DNA of 64,000 nt from a bacterium (lineage in GTDB: Bacteria; Hinthialibacterota; Hinthialibacteria; Hinthialibacterales; Hinthialibacteraceae): the NCBI GenBank assembly GCA_963662285.2, contig CAXXMV010000002.1, positions 288,001-352,000 on the forward strand, given 5' to 3'. How positions within the stretch are numbered: the first letter of the stretch is position 1; the number at the start of each line of letters is the position of its first letter. Both the position numbers and the translations under genes were made by a program. The notes beneath the pieces were generated by a model that was given only the letters and a program-made list of their open reading frames with translations, had not been told where the DNA came from and did no database searches. Of this stretch, positions 38,459-48,484 are shown in pieces.

Positions 38459-39436
38459 TTATTCATTCTTCAAGGTAGTGTCAATTTCATTTTTTTTAAA
38501 TGTTACCTGTGAAAATGATCCTGAGCAGAACGACAAAATCACTAATCCCACTAAAACTGCAAACCAAAGAGTGCATACCCTTATTATCAAAGTCGCAGAA
38601 GTCGCCGTCGCCTTGGGAATGTTGAAAAGCAGAATCAAAACGCCGCCCATAGCCCCTTCAGTCGGTCCAATGCCGCCGGGAGTCATAAGCAAGGCGCCCA
38701 TGATGGTTGCGAAAGCGTAAGTGAAGGTTGTCGGGATGATGGGTAGAGCAGAATTAAATCCCCATAAGACCAGGTAGAAAGCAACGCATTCCAGAAACCA
38801 TGATCCCAGGCTGATTAAAGTGGCCAGAAAAAGTGGTTTGGGTGAGATCAATAGATATGCGCTCTCATAGGCCATATGCAGTTTCTCGGTATGCGCTCCT
38901 ACCACGGGTAATTTTGAGGAAAACTGTATCAGGGCTTCAGCGGCTTGTTTCCAACTGACGATAACCAAAACCAGCGCGATTGAGCTGATGGAGACGCTGA
39001 AGACCATAGCGCCATGAGGTAAATAGGTGATGCCGAGCAGCGCCATCAACACAAAAGCGATAAAATCAGTCAATCGCTCAGCAAGTATGATCGGGGCGGA
39101 GCGGCTCAATGGCGTATCATTAATCTGCTTAACCAGATATGACTTGAAAACCTCGCCGAATTTACCCGGAGTAGCCGACATAACCAGGCCTGCCAGAAAG
39201 ACTTGCAGCGAAACCTTTGGTTTTAGAGGGATTTTCAGTATGGAAAGATAATAATGCCATTTAGTGAATCGAATTAGATAATTGCTAAAAGCCAGGCATA
39301 GACAGATCGGCAGCACCCACCAGCGAAAAGAGGCGAAGGCGGCCAGGATATCCTGCCAGCCACTCCAGATGCACCAACCAAGGTATAGCGCAGCAGCAAG
39401 GGCGATTGTTATATATAGTTTTTTCTTGAAATCCAT
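38459..39436 (-). CDS. Lysylphosphatidylglycerol synthase TM-domain (flippase-like) protein
   Basis: RFTKWH, TPGKFGE, ERLTD and TPGGIGPTE motifs. Confidence 0.85.
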   Translation of the reverse strand: MDFKKKLYITIALAAALYLGWCIWSGWQDILAAFASFRWWVLPICLCLAFSNYLIRFTKWHYYLSILKIPLKPKVSLQVFLAGLVMSATPGKFGEVFKSYLVKQINDTPLSRSAPIILAERLTDFIAFVLMALLGITYLPHGAMVFSVSISSIALVLVIVSWKQAAEALIQFSSKLPVVGAHTEKLHMAYESAYLLISPKPLFLATLISLGSWFLECVAFYLVLWGFNSALPIIPTTFTYAFATIMGALLMTPGGIGPTEGAMGGVLILLFNIPKATATSATLIIRVCTLWFAVLVGLVILSFCSGSFSQVTFKKNEIDTTLKNE

Positions 39437-39452
39437 AGAGTGGGAAAGCCTT

Positions 39453-40280
39453 TTATTTCATAAATCCAGTTAGATAAAGCGCAATTACCAGGAATCCCAA
39501 AGGGATTGTATAGAAGGCGAATTGATACAGACGACCCTTTTCAATAATCCAGACAAGCATCTTGAGGAACATTACTCCCGATAGGAGTGAAACTATGAAT
39601 CCAGCTGCAGCTGACGTAAAATCGACTGTAATCATAGCCGTTTCTGACACGATTAACTTATAAACTGATGCAATGAAGATGATGGGGATCGACATAAGAA
39701 ATGAATATTCGACGGATTTAGATTTCGAAGCGCCTAAAAGCAATGCTACGCAAACCGTTGATCCAGAGCGGGAGATTCCAGGAATAATGGCAACCGCCTG
39801 AATCAGCCCCATAATCAAAGCGAAATACCATAGGTTTATGGGGAATCCCTTTTGATCATTCTCGATGTTTTTTACGGAAAACGTTGCTAACAGCAGCGCC
39901 CCGGTAATAATGAAAGCAATTCCTACTCCCCAGGATATATCGCGTATGGCCTCGAACTGGTCTTTGAACAACAGTCCGATAACACACGTAATAAAAGTGC
40001 TTATCAGGATGGCTAAGATTAGTTTGCGGTTGCCGGATCTATGGCAATCGTTATCCTGCGCCGGGAACAACGAACTGAACATCTCAATTAACTTTCTTCT
40101 AAAATACAAACAAACCGCCAAAAGAGTAGCCAGATGCAGTAACAAGTCAAAGCCGAGAAATTCGGAAGGTGTATAATTTAGTAGGGTTTCAACAATTACC
40201 AGGTGACCTGAACTTGAAATAGGCAGAAATTCAGTTAATCCTTGAAGAAATCCAAGAAGGCATGATTCGAGAAAAGTCAT
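39453..40280 (-). CDS. uppP: Undecaprenyl-diphosphate phosphatase
   Basis: QGLTEFLPISSSGHL and PGISRSG motifs. Confidence 0.95.
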   Translation of the reverse strand: MTFLESCLLGFLQGLTEFLPISSSGHLVIVETLLNYTPSEFLGFDLLLHLATLLAVCLYFRRKLIEMFSSLFPAQDNDCHRSGNRKLILAILISTFITCVIGLLFKDQFEAIRDISWGVGIAFIITGALLLATFSVKNIENDQKGFPINLWYFALIMGLIQAVAIIPGISRSGSTVCVALLLGASKSKSVEYSFLMSIPIIFIASVYKLIVSETAMITVDFTSAAAGFIVSLLSGVMFLKMLVWIIEKGRLYQFAFYTIPLGFLVIALYLTGFMK

Positions 40281-40383
40281 GTTTAATAAAATAGAAACAG
40301 CTGTGGAGCGTAAAAAGCGGATATAAGCGATTTAACAAACAAACGCTTTCTCTATAGCAACAGCGTGATTCACTCTTCCTGTA

Positions 40384-40737
40384 TTAATCTTTTTTTTGTG
40401 CAGCAAATTTTTCAACGGCGTCTTCTTCACTCTCGAATATTTCGAGCATCGAATAAAACATTGATGTTTTAATGAACTTATGAACTGAATCAGACATATT
40501 ACAAACAGCCACAACGCCGCTGATCAGCGTAATCGCTTTGATGGGGGCGACCAGATGATGCAATACAGAACTTCTTACGGTTGACACTTCAGCGAAATTC
40601 AAAAGTATGATCAATGCCCCTGATTTTCTAACTTCCTGGATTTTTTCTTTCAGTTTCGTAGCCCCATCTAAATCAATATCCCCTTTTAATTTGAGGATTG
40701 TAAGATTTCCATGCGGCATGTTTTCTATACTTATCAT
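40384..40737 (-). CDS. STAS domain protein (anti-anti-sigma-like)
   Basis: LKGDIDL, LLNFAEV..RSS and IFESEEDAV motifs. Confidence 0.75.
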   Translation of the reverse strand: MISIENMPHGNLTILKLKGDIDLDGATKLKEKIQEVRKSGALIILLNFAEVSTVRSSVLHHLVAPIKAITLISGVVAVCNMSDSVHKFIKTSMFYSMLEIFESEEDAVEKFAAQKKD

Positions 40738-40906
40738 TTAGAACTCCTGGTATATAAATAGTATTGATAATATAATTAAACAGATTTCCCGTTAAGTGGA
40801 ATAAATATTATAACTGTATTTTACTTTATACAATATATGAGTAAAAAATAATAAAAAAATTACGTTTTTGGGGAAATGCCAAAAGTTACTATTTCATTAA
40901 TACTAT

Positions 40907-41260
40907 CTACTCTTCGGGTGAAGGATTGAGAAACTGAAGCGCTTCTTTTTTATTATCAAAAATATTTAAATAACGATGCCAGGATGCGTTGCGGAATTGG
41001 CGCAAGGCTTTTTTATCAAATTCAGCCAATGCGATAACGCCGCCAATTCTACGGAAGATTTTCACTGGAAGAGCCAGATTTTCTAAATGTTCCGCTCGAA
41101 TACGTTCTAATCCATTACCTAGCAGCAAGATGCGCGTACTGCCCTTCTGGCGTAGATCGGCAATTGATTTAGCCAGACTTTCTATAGCGGCATTATCCAT
41201 CTCACCCTTTAAAGTCAGGACATCGGATTCGTTTTCGAAGGTATGGCAAATATTCGGCAT
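40907..41260 (-). CDS. STAS domain protein
   Basis: LTLKGEMD, GGVIALA and IFDNKKEAL motifs; SD upstream of MPNI. Confidence 0.65.
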   Translation of the reverse strand: MPNICHTFENESDVLTLKGEMDNAAIESLAKSIADLRQKGSTRILLLGNGLERIRAEHLENLALPVKIFRRIGGVIALAEFDKKALRQFRNASWHRYLNIFDNKKEALQFLNPSPEE

Positions 41261-41543
41261 TCCTTCTACCTCATAGTTGAAACTTCTAATAAATACTAAC
41301 GGCGCCGACCGGTAAGGGTTATGTAGAAAGCGCATTTTTGCTATATTTTGGCTTTCTAGGGTCTGACATTACCCTTGAAAAGACATATATTTAAATAGTA
41401 ATGGATTATATATGATTCATTACTCCAAAGGAACTGTTTTCTGCCAGCATTCCGATTCTCTGGTAATTATTCCACTCTTTGACTAGAATGCGAAGGTAGA
41501 CTACTTATATCCAAGAGATTCGAGCAAAGGAGTATTAGTACCC

Positions 41544-42305
41544 ATGAACGGACAACGGTTGTCCTGGAATACAATTACCAGTTTGTTTTTATGCGCGGCT
41601 TTTATCGGAACAATGGGTTGTTCCAATGTTTCTTACTTAAAGAGAAATGTTAAAGGGCCGTTTTTTAAGGATTCACTCAAAGGCGGCTCCAGCATAGCTA
41701 TCGTGGAGAATGGAGCATTTACCAAGAGTGGATGGTCGCCTGGCAAAGACGGTCAATTGGTTTATGACTTATCAATAATGCCGCAAGGAATGATCTCTCT
41801 TGACGTTACAGGCTTGAATCGAACCGCCGGTGATTCGATTTTCTTGACTTTATTTGAAGCGCCCGACTCGAAATATGCTGATCCTTTCATAAGCAAGAAT
41901 CCATATAAGATTCAACTCTCTCTAAATAACAATGTCACTAATCCAGAAAGCCCCTTCAACTTTTTATGGACTATGAAGACTTTCCCGGAAGGTACGGATT
42001 CCGAATCACGCTATATTGATGGAATTCCTGAGGGAGTGCGTGGTTATGAGAAGATGATAACTTCGGCGCCTATGCCTATTTTTCCTGATGAGGTTTACCG
42101 GATTCAATTGAAATGGAAATCAGGCAAAGCGCAGTTGCTGGTCAATGGCCAGTTATTGGCGGAACATGATTATGAACCGTTAGTCTTTAATGCTGGGAAA
42201 TTAAGATTGGTCATAGGCAAAAGCCCGGTTGGCGATGTTTTCGATCTATCTGACATAACAATTTCTAATGTATGGGTCTCATTCCCATCTGTTTATCAAG
42301 GATAA
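41544..42305 (+). CDS. Putative lipoprotein with a beta-sandwich (ConA-like) region
   Basis: Lipobox-like TMGC; YRIQLKWKSGKAQLLVNG. Confidence 0.55.
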   Translation: MNGQRLSWNTITSLFLCAAFIGTMGCSNVSYLKRNVKGPFFKDSLKGGSSIAIVENGAFTKSGWSPGKDGQLVYDLSIMPQGMISLDVTGLNRTAGDSIFLTLFEAPDSKYADPFISKNPYKIQLSLNNNVTNPESPFNFLWTMKTFPEGTDSESRYIDGIPEGVRGYEKMITSAPMPIFPDEVYRIQLKWKSGKAQLLVNGQLLAEHDYEPLVFNAGKLRLVIGKSPVGDVFDLSDITISNVWVSFPSVYQG

Positions 42306-42398
42306 ACAGATGTTATAGATACACTGCCTTCTTTATTGAATAATTGGTAGCATTCAAGAGGCTGGTTTATACAGCCAGTCTCTTGAGTATTAGGGGGT

Positions 42399-43736
42399 GT
42401 GGATGCAATGCTTGAACGCCTGTTCAGGTTATCGGATAATCAAACTTCCATTCGTCAAGAGATAGTTGGAGGGTGTACGACTTTTCTAACAATGTCGTAC
42501 ATCATCTTCATGCAGCCCATCATGTTATCCAACACCGGAATGGATTTCAACGCAGTAATGGCGGCGACATGCATCTCATCGGCTTTAGCATGTCTGTGCA
42601 TGGCCTTCATGGCTAACTATCCCATCGCGTTGGCGCCCGCTGTTGGTTTGAATGCATATTTTACTTATACCGTCTGCATCGGGATGAAGATTCCATGGGA
42701 AACCGCATTAGGTGCGGTTTTTATCTCCGGCGTCATTTTCCTGATAATGAACGCTTTCGGACTACGCAAGCTAGTAATGGATGCCATCCCTGTTTCTTTA
42801 AAATTCGCTATAGCTGTAGGTATCGGCGTTTTGATCGCTCTGCTGGGATTTGAATGGTCGGGAATCGTGGTTAATGACGATATCACCCTATTAAAAGTCG
42901 GCGAATTGAACAAACCTTATGTGTGGGTTTCGGGGATTGGATTACTGGTGGCTATGATACTAACCAGTTTGAATATTCGCGGCGCCATTCTTTTCGGCAT
43001 CATTACCTCTTCTATCACTGCGATGGGCTTAGATTTGATTTCTGTTCCCGGCGCCATTTACAAGATGCCTTCCTGGGATATGGTTGCTCCCACCTTTATG
43101 CACATGAATCCATGGGCAGCGTTTAAACTTGGTTTTGGAACGATCATTTTCACCTTTTTTATTATTGATCTATTCGATACGGTCGGGACGCTGGTTGGCG
43201 TCGCGCAGGTTGGCGGCTTTATGCAGAACAATGAGTTGCCTCGCGCTAAACAAGCTTTCTTCTCTGATGCCATAGGAACAGTTATTGGAGCAATATTAGG
43301 AACATCAACCGTAACCAGTTTTGTCGAATCAACCTCAGGCATTAGTGATGGCGCTCGGACTGGTCTGGCCAACGTGGCAACGGCGTGTCTCTTCCTGCTG
43401 GCGCTGACTTTTTCACCCTTGGTAGAGATGCTGGGTCAGGGCATACAAACCGAATCAGGAGCATTCGTCTATCCCATTATTTCTCCGGCATTGATCATGG
43501 TTGGTTTCATGATGATGCGGGGCGTCAAGAATATTCCCTGGGATGATTATACCGAGAGCCTTCCCGCATTTATCACGATAATGTTGATTGGATTCAGTTT
43601 TTCAATCACAGATGGCATCGCTTTTGGTATTATTTGCTTTACTATCTTGAAATTGTTAACCGGCAAAGTGCGGGATATTCACCCCGTAATGCTGCTTCTT
43701 TCCATAGTGTTTACGTATAAACTTACGATTCATTAG
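42399..43736 (+). CDS. NCS2/AzgA family purine permease
   Basis: TTFLTMSYI, APAVGLNAYF, DLFDTVGT and ESTSGI..GARTG motifs. Confidence 0.92.
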   Translation: MDAMLERLFRLSDNQTSIRQEIVGGCTTFLTMSYIIFMQPIMLSNTGMDFNAVMAATCISSALACLCMAFMANYPIALAPAVGLNAYFTYTVCIGMKIPWETALGAVFISGVIFLIMNAFGLRKLVMDAIPVSLKFAIAVGIGVLIALLGFEWSGIVVNDDITLLKVGELNKPYVWVSGIGLLVAMILTSLNIRGAILFGIITSSITAMGLDLISVPGAIYKMPSWDMVAPTFMHMNPWAAFKLGFGTIIFTFFIIDLFDTVGTLVGVAQVGGFMQNNELPRAKQAFFSDAIGTVIGAILGTSTVTSFVESTSGISDGARTGLANVATACLFLLALTFSPLVEMLGQGIQTESGAFVYPIISPALIMVGFMMMRGVKNIPWDDYTESLPAFITIMLIGFSFSITDGIAFGIICFTILKLLTGKVRDIHPVMLLLSIVFTYKLTIH

Positions 43737-43848
43737 AGCGATAGTTAAAAATATGTTCGTTTGTTATTACATTTGGTCTTCGAAAAAGCCAATGAGAACA
43801 ATATTATGACAATTACACTAAATCATTTAATATTTCATACTTGAGGAG

Positions 43849-44574
43849 ATGATGAATAATTCAAAAAAATATATTTTCCTCGGCTGGCTGCCACTGCTAT
43901 TATGCCTTAGTTGCCTCATTTTTTTCCCCCTTAACTGGAACTTCTATTATAACCTTCTGACTAGAGAAGACGGTATTATTGAATGGTTGACCGTAGTCTT
44001 AACCATAACGGCCTGCATATTAGTTATGAAATTGGTTTGGAATGAATATTTATCTAATAGAATTTCAATACATTTAATATTCTTGCTGCTATTCGCCGCC
44101 GGGTGCATTTTTTTTGCAGGTGAAGAAATTAGTTGGGGGCAGAGAATCATAGGTATAGAGACAAAAGCAATCTCTCCATGGCTGGCAAATGTTAACCGGC
44201 AAAATGAATTAAACCTGCATAATATACGAGCCTTTTCCAAAATTCGTTTAATTGCGGATATGTTCTGTCTAATTTGGGGAATAATTCTTCCTCTTTTCTA
44301 CTTGAAGAGCACTTTCCCCATCAAGATTATCAAACCTTATATCAGCCCCAGTTGGTTAATTCCAGGATTTGCAACATGTCTATTAATAACCACACCCTTG
44401 AAGATATGCGAACTGATATTCGGTGAGATTCAATGGTTTGAAGAATTGCGCTTAGGAGAACTTAAAGAAACCGCCTTGGGATTAGTTATTTTACTATATT
44501 CGTTACACTTATCGAATGTTTTCAAAAAAAACGCTCTTGATTCATCAATACCTTCGGCAAAAGACCAAACCTGA
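43849..44574 (+). CDS. Hypothetical membrane protein
   Basis: EDGIIE, GEEISWGQRI and NRQNELNLHN motifs; multiple TM helices. Confidence 0.7.
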   Translation: MMNNSKKYIFLGWLPLLLCLSCLIFFPLNWNFYYNLLTREDGIIEWLTVVLTITACILVMKLVWNEYLSNRISIHLIFLLLFAAGCIFFAGEEISWGQRIIGIETKAISPWLANVNRQNELNLHNIRAFSKIRLIADMFCLIWGIILPLFYLKSTFPIKIIKPYISPSWLIPGFATCLLITTPLKICELIFGEIQWFEELRLGELKETALGLVILLYSLHLSNVFKKNALDSSIPSAKDQT

Positions 44575-44582
44575 TCATTTTG

Positions 44583-46001
44583 TTATGGGCCATTTTTTTT
44601 AGTGCGTACCCAATAAATGAAAGACCTTACTAACCGGATTTCTTCTAGCCTGATTCTTGAATGTTCTTTTGCCGGATGCTGCCACCAGAAAGTCCAATCA
44701 TTCTGAAGCCATGGCGCATCGGGGTGAATTTTGTTCCAACGTTGGTATCTTTCTTCTTGCTCAAAACTCAACTTTGCCTTTTGCTTTTGAGCGTAACTAA
44801 TATAGTCGGCTTCTTCAAACACAGCCCATTCGAGATTTACATCAAGCAGCTTTGCTCCAGCCAGATATGAACGCAAGAAATAAGCGCCGTCTAAGTATGC
44901 TCCCTGAAAATCAGCCCCTTCCAAACGCGCTTCAGTAAGATCCGCTTCTTCCATATGAGCGCCTTGAAAAATAGTCTCCTGCATGTGCGCACCACTCAGA
45001 AGCGTTCTCTTTAGAGAAGCTTTGCTGAAATTTGCGCGATTCATTTGGGCGTCATTAAGGCATGCCATATCGAGATTTGCGCCAGCTAGATCCGCATCTT
45101 CAAGATTAACCGAATCCATATCTGCGCCCTCCAAATTGGCTTGAATAAGGTTAGCCCGTTTGAGGTTCGCTCCTGATAATATTATTTCCTGAAGATGCGC
45201 GAAGGATAAATCGGCGTTTTGCAGGTTAGCGTCCCATAGCTTGGCTTTCTGCAATCCAATTTTGTGGAAATTGCCGCCAATCATATAAGCGCCTTTTAAT
45301 TGGATAGGCCCTAAGATTATGGTTAAGGTTTTATCCTCTATCCGGGCGCCTTGAATTTGGCGGAAATGAGGAAATCCGCAGAAACGAGGTAATGATGGAT
45401 GAAAAGGTATCCAATGATATATCCAACTTCTGTGGTCTACCATTTGATCTAAAGAATCCTGGATAGCCTGCATTATTTTATGTTGGGGCGTATCATCGGG
45501 GACGTCTGAGTCGAATAGTTTTCTGTTTTTTCTGTATTCCTGCGACCAGCGTAACACAAGCCTGAACGCTTCATATGGATTTCCGGAAAGTCCTTTAGCT
45601 GCATTTATAACATCATACGATTCCTTAGAGAGAAGTAGTTCCCGGCATTCTTCAACAGTTTTTTTTCTGTAGTATATTTTTCTCCAAATCAGCGCTATCA
45701 GGCTGATAGATATTATACAACTCCAGAAAACCAACCGGTTATTCATTTCCCATTGTTTTAAGCGCTGCGCCTGTTCTGCAGTAGTTGCAGTTATAGATAA
45801 TACCTGACCATCTACGGTGATACTTACAGGAAAGACAATTGGGGTTGGGGTTGGAGCGGTTGTGGATGAGATTATGGGCGAAAATGATTGCCCCCCGGCT
45901 TGCAGCGAGATTAATAGAATTAATAGCAAAGTGGGAAAAACGCTCAAGCGTCGAATCATTATGTTTTTATAATAGGGCGCGTAAGAGGTAAAATCAATCA
46001 A
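44583..46001 (-). CDS. Membrane-anchored pentapeptide-repeat protein
   Basis: Long A(D/N)Lxx repeat tract; N-terminal signal and TM segments. Confidence 0.85.
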   Translation of the reverse strand: MIDFTSYAPYYKNIMIRRLSVFPTLLLILLISLQAGGQSFSPIISSTTAPTPTPIVFPVSITVDGQVLSITATTAEQAQRLKQWEMNNRLVFWSCIISISLIALIWRKIYYRKKTVEECRELLLSKESYDVINAAKGLSGNPYEAFRLVLRWSQEYRKNRKLFDSDVPDDTPQHKIMQAIQDSLDQMVDHRSWIYHWIPFHPSLPRFCGFPHFRQIQGARIEDKTLTIILGPIQLKGAYMIGGNFHKIGLQKAKLWDANLQNADLSFAHLQEIILSGANLKRANLIQANLEGADMDSVNLEDADLAGANLDMACLNDAQMNRANFSKASLKRTLLSGAHMQETIFQGAHMEEADLTEARLEGADFQGAYLDGAYFLRSYLAGAKLLDVNLEWAVFEEADYISYAQKQKAKLSFEQEERYQRWNKIHPDAPWLQNDWTFWWQHPAKEHSRIRLEEIRLVRSFIYWVRTKKNGP

Positions 46002-46214
46002 CTGAGCTTGCTTTTCTAGTTAAGATTCATACCTATTCGTTTGCCGAAAAACTTTTCGTTAAATTCTGCTTGTTCTTTATTTCATCCAAACGCTAAAGCG
46101 CTTAGGACAAGAGTAAGGATATAAATACAGAGATGAGCGTCAATAGCAACACCTTATTGCAGTCAGATATTTATGCAATCACCTATGATTATGTATTCAG
46201 TTTGATAGCATATG

Positions 46215-47120
46215 TTAATTTGCAGGTTGAATCTGTGGTAATTTCAATAAATAACCGTCAACAATCGATTTTACTTTAGCCGACTGCGCCATATCTGGAG
46301 TTATGTTAATGATGCGCGTATGACGATCGGTAATGTGATCATCATTCCATGTAAGTTTAATCTCTCCAACACATTGCCCCCGTTGTCCCGAATGGTGAAT
46401 AATGGTTTTGCTATCTTCCAGGAACATCATTTCATTATAAATTCGATGGTCATGACCACCGAGAATTAGATCAATCCGGGGAAAAGCCTTAGCTAACAGT
46501 ATGTCTTTAGGCTCACCGATATGCGTCATTAAAACGATGATATCTGATTCTTGATCAAGTATATTGATGTATACATCAAGTAATTGCTCAATGGGATTCA
46601 CCTTCATCAGTGTATCTGTCTGATGATTGGTATAGGGGCAGGCCGATCCGATTATGGCTACTTTAACGCCAACTAAGTCAATGATTTTATATGGTTTTAT
46701 ATTGGCTGGTTTTTTGATATTTGAAGTAAATTCAATATTGTAGGCTAGTATGGGTAGAGAGTGTTCTTTCACCAGATCGAACAGTCTTTGCGTCCCGAAA
46801 GAATATTCATGATTCCCGAAAACCAAAGCGTCATAGTTGCATTGGCCAAGTAAATTAGCCATAGCCCCGCCCCGGCTTTCCAAGAGAGCTAAATCTCCTT
46901 TGTTGAACCAGTCGCCAGTATCCAGAAAAATCGTATTCGGATCGAGTTTCTTCTTATATTGTACAAATCGGGCGATTCGGGCTATGTTTACAGAAGTATC
47001 ATGAAAATCGGATGTATGATAAATAGTTATGTTGACCGGCTCTGCTTCTACCGACCAGCATAAAATAGTTACATAGCAAAATATCAAGCAAAAGAACATT
47101 AAGTATTTGTTGTTTCTCAT
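46215..47120 (-). CDS. Secreted 5'-nucleotidase-type metallophosphoesterase (N-terminal domain only)
   Basis: SDFHD, DTGD, GNHE, TH and GGHDH motifs; SD AGGAG. Confidence 0.85.
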   Translation of the reverse strand: MRNNKYLMFFCLIFCYVTILCWSVEAEPVNITIYHTSDFHDTSVNIARIARFVQYKKKLDPNTIFLDTGDWFNKGDLALLESRGGAMANLLGQCNYDALVFGNHEYSFGTQRLFDLVKEHSLPILAYNIEFTSNIKKPANIKPYKIIDLVGVKVAIIGSACPYTNHQTDTLMKVNPIEQLLDVYINILDQESDIIVLMTHIGEPKDILLAKAFPRIDLILGGHDHRIYNEMMFLEDSKTIIHHSGQRGQCVGEIKLTWNDDHITDRHTRIINITPDMAQSAKVKSIVDGYLLKLPQIQPAN

Positions 47121-47152
47121 GTTATCTCCTAAAGGACATCGTATTACCCGAA

Positions 47153-47866
47153 TCATGAATCAAAATCTATCAGCCCGGAATTATATATCTCATTAGATAA
47201 TCGCCGGGAGTTTACCACACTTCGTAAGCCTAGTTTGATAAATATCTTAAGCATTAATGGATTAAATAATATAGTCTTTATGGCAATGATCGAAGACGGG
47301 AAGCCATTGTTTGTAACGCAACTTAAAACTTCTTCGGGAACCGTTTCATCTGCCGCATCAGATATTACCCTGATCCAGGCGAAACGCTCCCCGCGACTTT
47401 TAGCATGACGCGCCACAACCGCCGACTCCATGTCTACCGCCCATGCTCCGGTTTTTTCATGAAGGCTTTGTTTTTCTTCCGGCGTGGCAACAATTTTATC
47501 AGCGCAATATAGGATATTTCGACGGGCTCCTACTATTAAATTTCGCTCATTTGCATCAGAAAAGACTAAACCGTTGGAAGTAAGCACCTTATGCCCGATA
47601 ATGCAGTCACCCAGCTGCAAGACTGGGCCTAACCCTCCTGCGAAACCTATTGAAACCCAATATGTTACGGAAACATCTGAGATTGAGTCCAGTAGGTTTT
47701 TCATTCTTGATTGGCCAACGCCGGAAACCGCAATGCCAATTTCAGTATTTTCCGAGATTTTTTTATACGATACTCGATTATGCTTATCAGGCATTTTGAT
47801 ATCAAGTTGTCGGCAAAAATGCTTGATTTCCTGTGGTAATGCAGCGCAAAACATTATCCGGCTCAT
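47153..47866 (-). CDS. PNP/UDP phosphorylase family protein (HpnG/MTA-SAH nucleosidase-like)
   Basis: SGVG, GFAGGL, AVDMESA and RVISD motifs. Confidence 0.8.
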   Translation of the reverse strand: MSRIMFCAALPQEIKHFCRQLDIKMPDKHNRVSYKKISENTEIGIAVSGVGQSRMKNLLDSISDVSVTYWVSIGFAGGLGPVLQLGDCIIGHKVLTSNGLVFSDANERNLIVGARRNILYCADKIVATPEEKQSLHEKTGAWAVDMESAVVARHAKSRGERFAWIRVISDAADETVPEEVLSCVTNNGFPSSIIAIKTILFNPLMLKIFIKLGLRSVVNSRRLSNEIYNSGLIDFDS

Positions 47867-47997
47867 AAAATCCTAACTTTTTTGTGTTTAGATGGTTATA
47901 TGGCTATTCAAACCGCAAAAATTTTGATATTCTCAGAGAGTATTTTGAAATTGAACATGTATAAAATATCATTTTATTTATTTTTTTGGAAGTAGAC

Positions 47998-48034
47998 AAA
48001 AAAAACCCCTCTGGCGGAGGGTAATACCAGAGGG
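47998..48034 (-). terminator. Intrinsic terminator on the minus strand (3' end of a candidate sRNA)
   Basis: CCCTCTGG/CCAGAGGG 8-bp stem (48007-48034) followed on the minus strand by U8. Confidence 0.75.
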
Positions 48035-48484
48035 AAAACGGTTCGGGAGGAACCGAAGCAGTTGGGAATGTGTGGTGTTTGCGTTTTAAGTTGGTTGGAT
48101 GGAATCTAAATGTAGATTTTCATTCAACCATTGGTCTATTTAACGATCTAAGTATTAATAAGTAACTCTTATAGTCTTTTCTATATTTGTTTGTACTTCT
48201 ATATATATTATATCTTATAGTAGTTTTCGTGCCAATTAATCCTAAAAAAATATTTTTTAGGATTTTTTCAGTTAAATCACAATTTATAAATTCTCCAATA
48301 TACCTAAATATTTAAAATCTAATAGTTTAAGTATATATTTTCTATTTTGTTATAAATAACTTTTTTTATCTGTCTTTAATATATCTCAGGTTAAACAGAA
48401 ATTATTGGGTGATTTGCAAAAAAATGTAATATCATTTCTCTCTTTTTCGATTACAATTCCTATTTTGAGTTAAAAATTAAAAAT

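Noticed and set aside
42350-42390. Purine riboswitch upstream of the NCS2 permease
   Set aside because: Single hairpin (CAAGAGGCTGG...CCAGTCTCTTG) without the three-way junction consensus; more likely a terminator.
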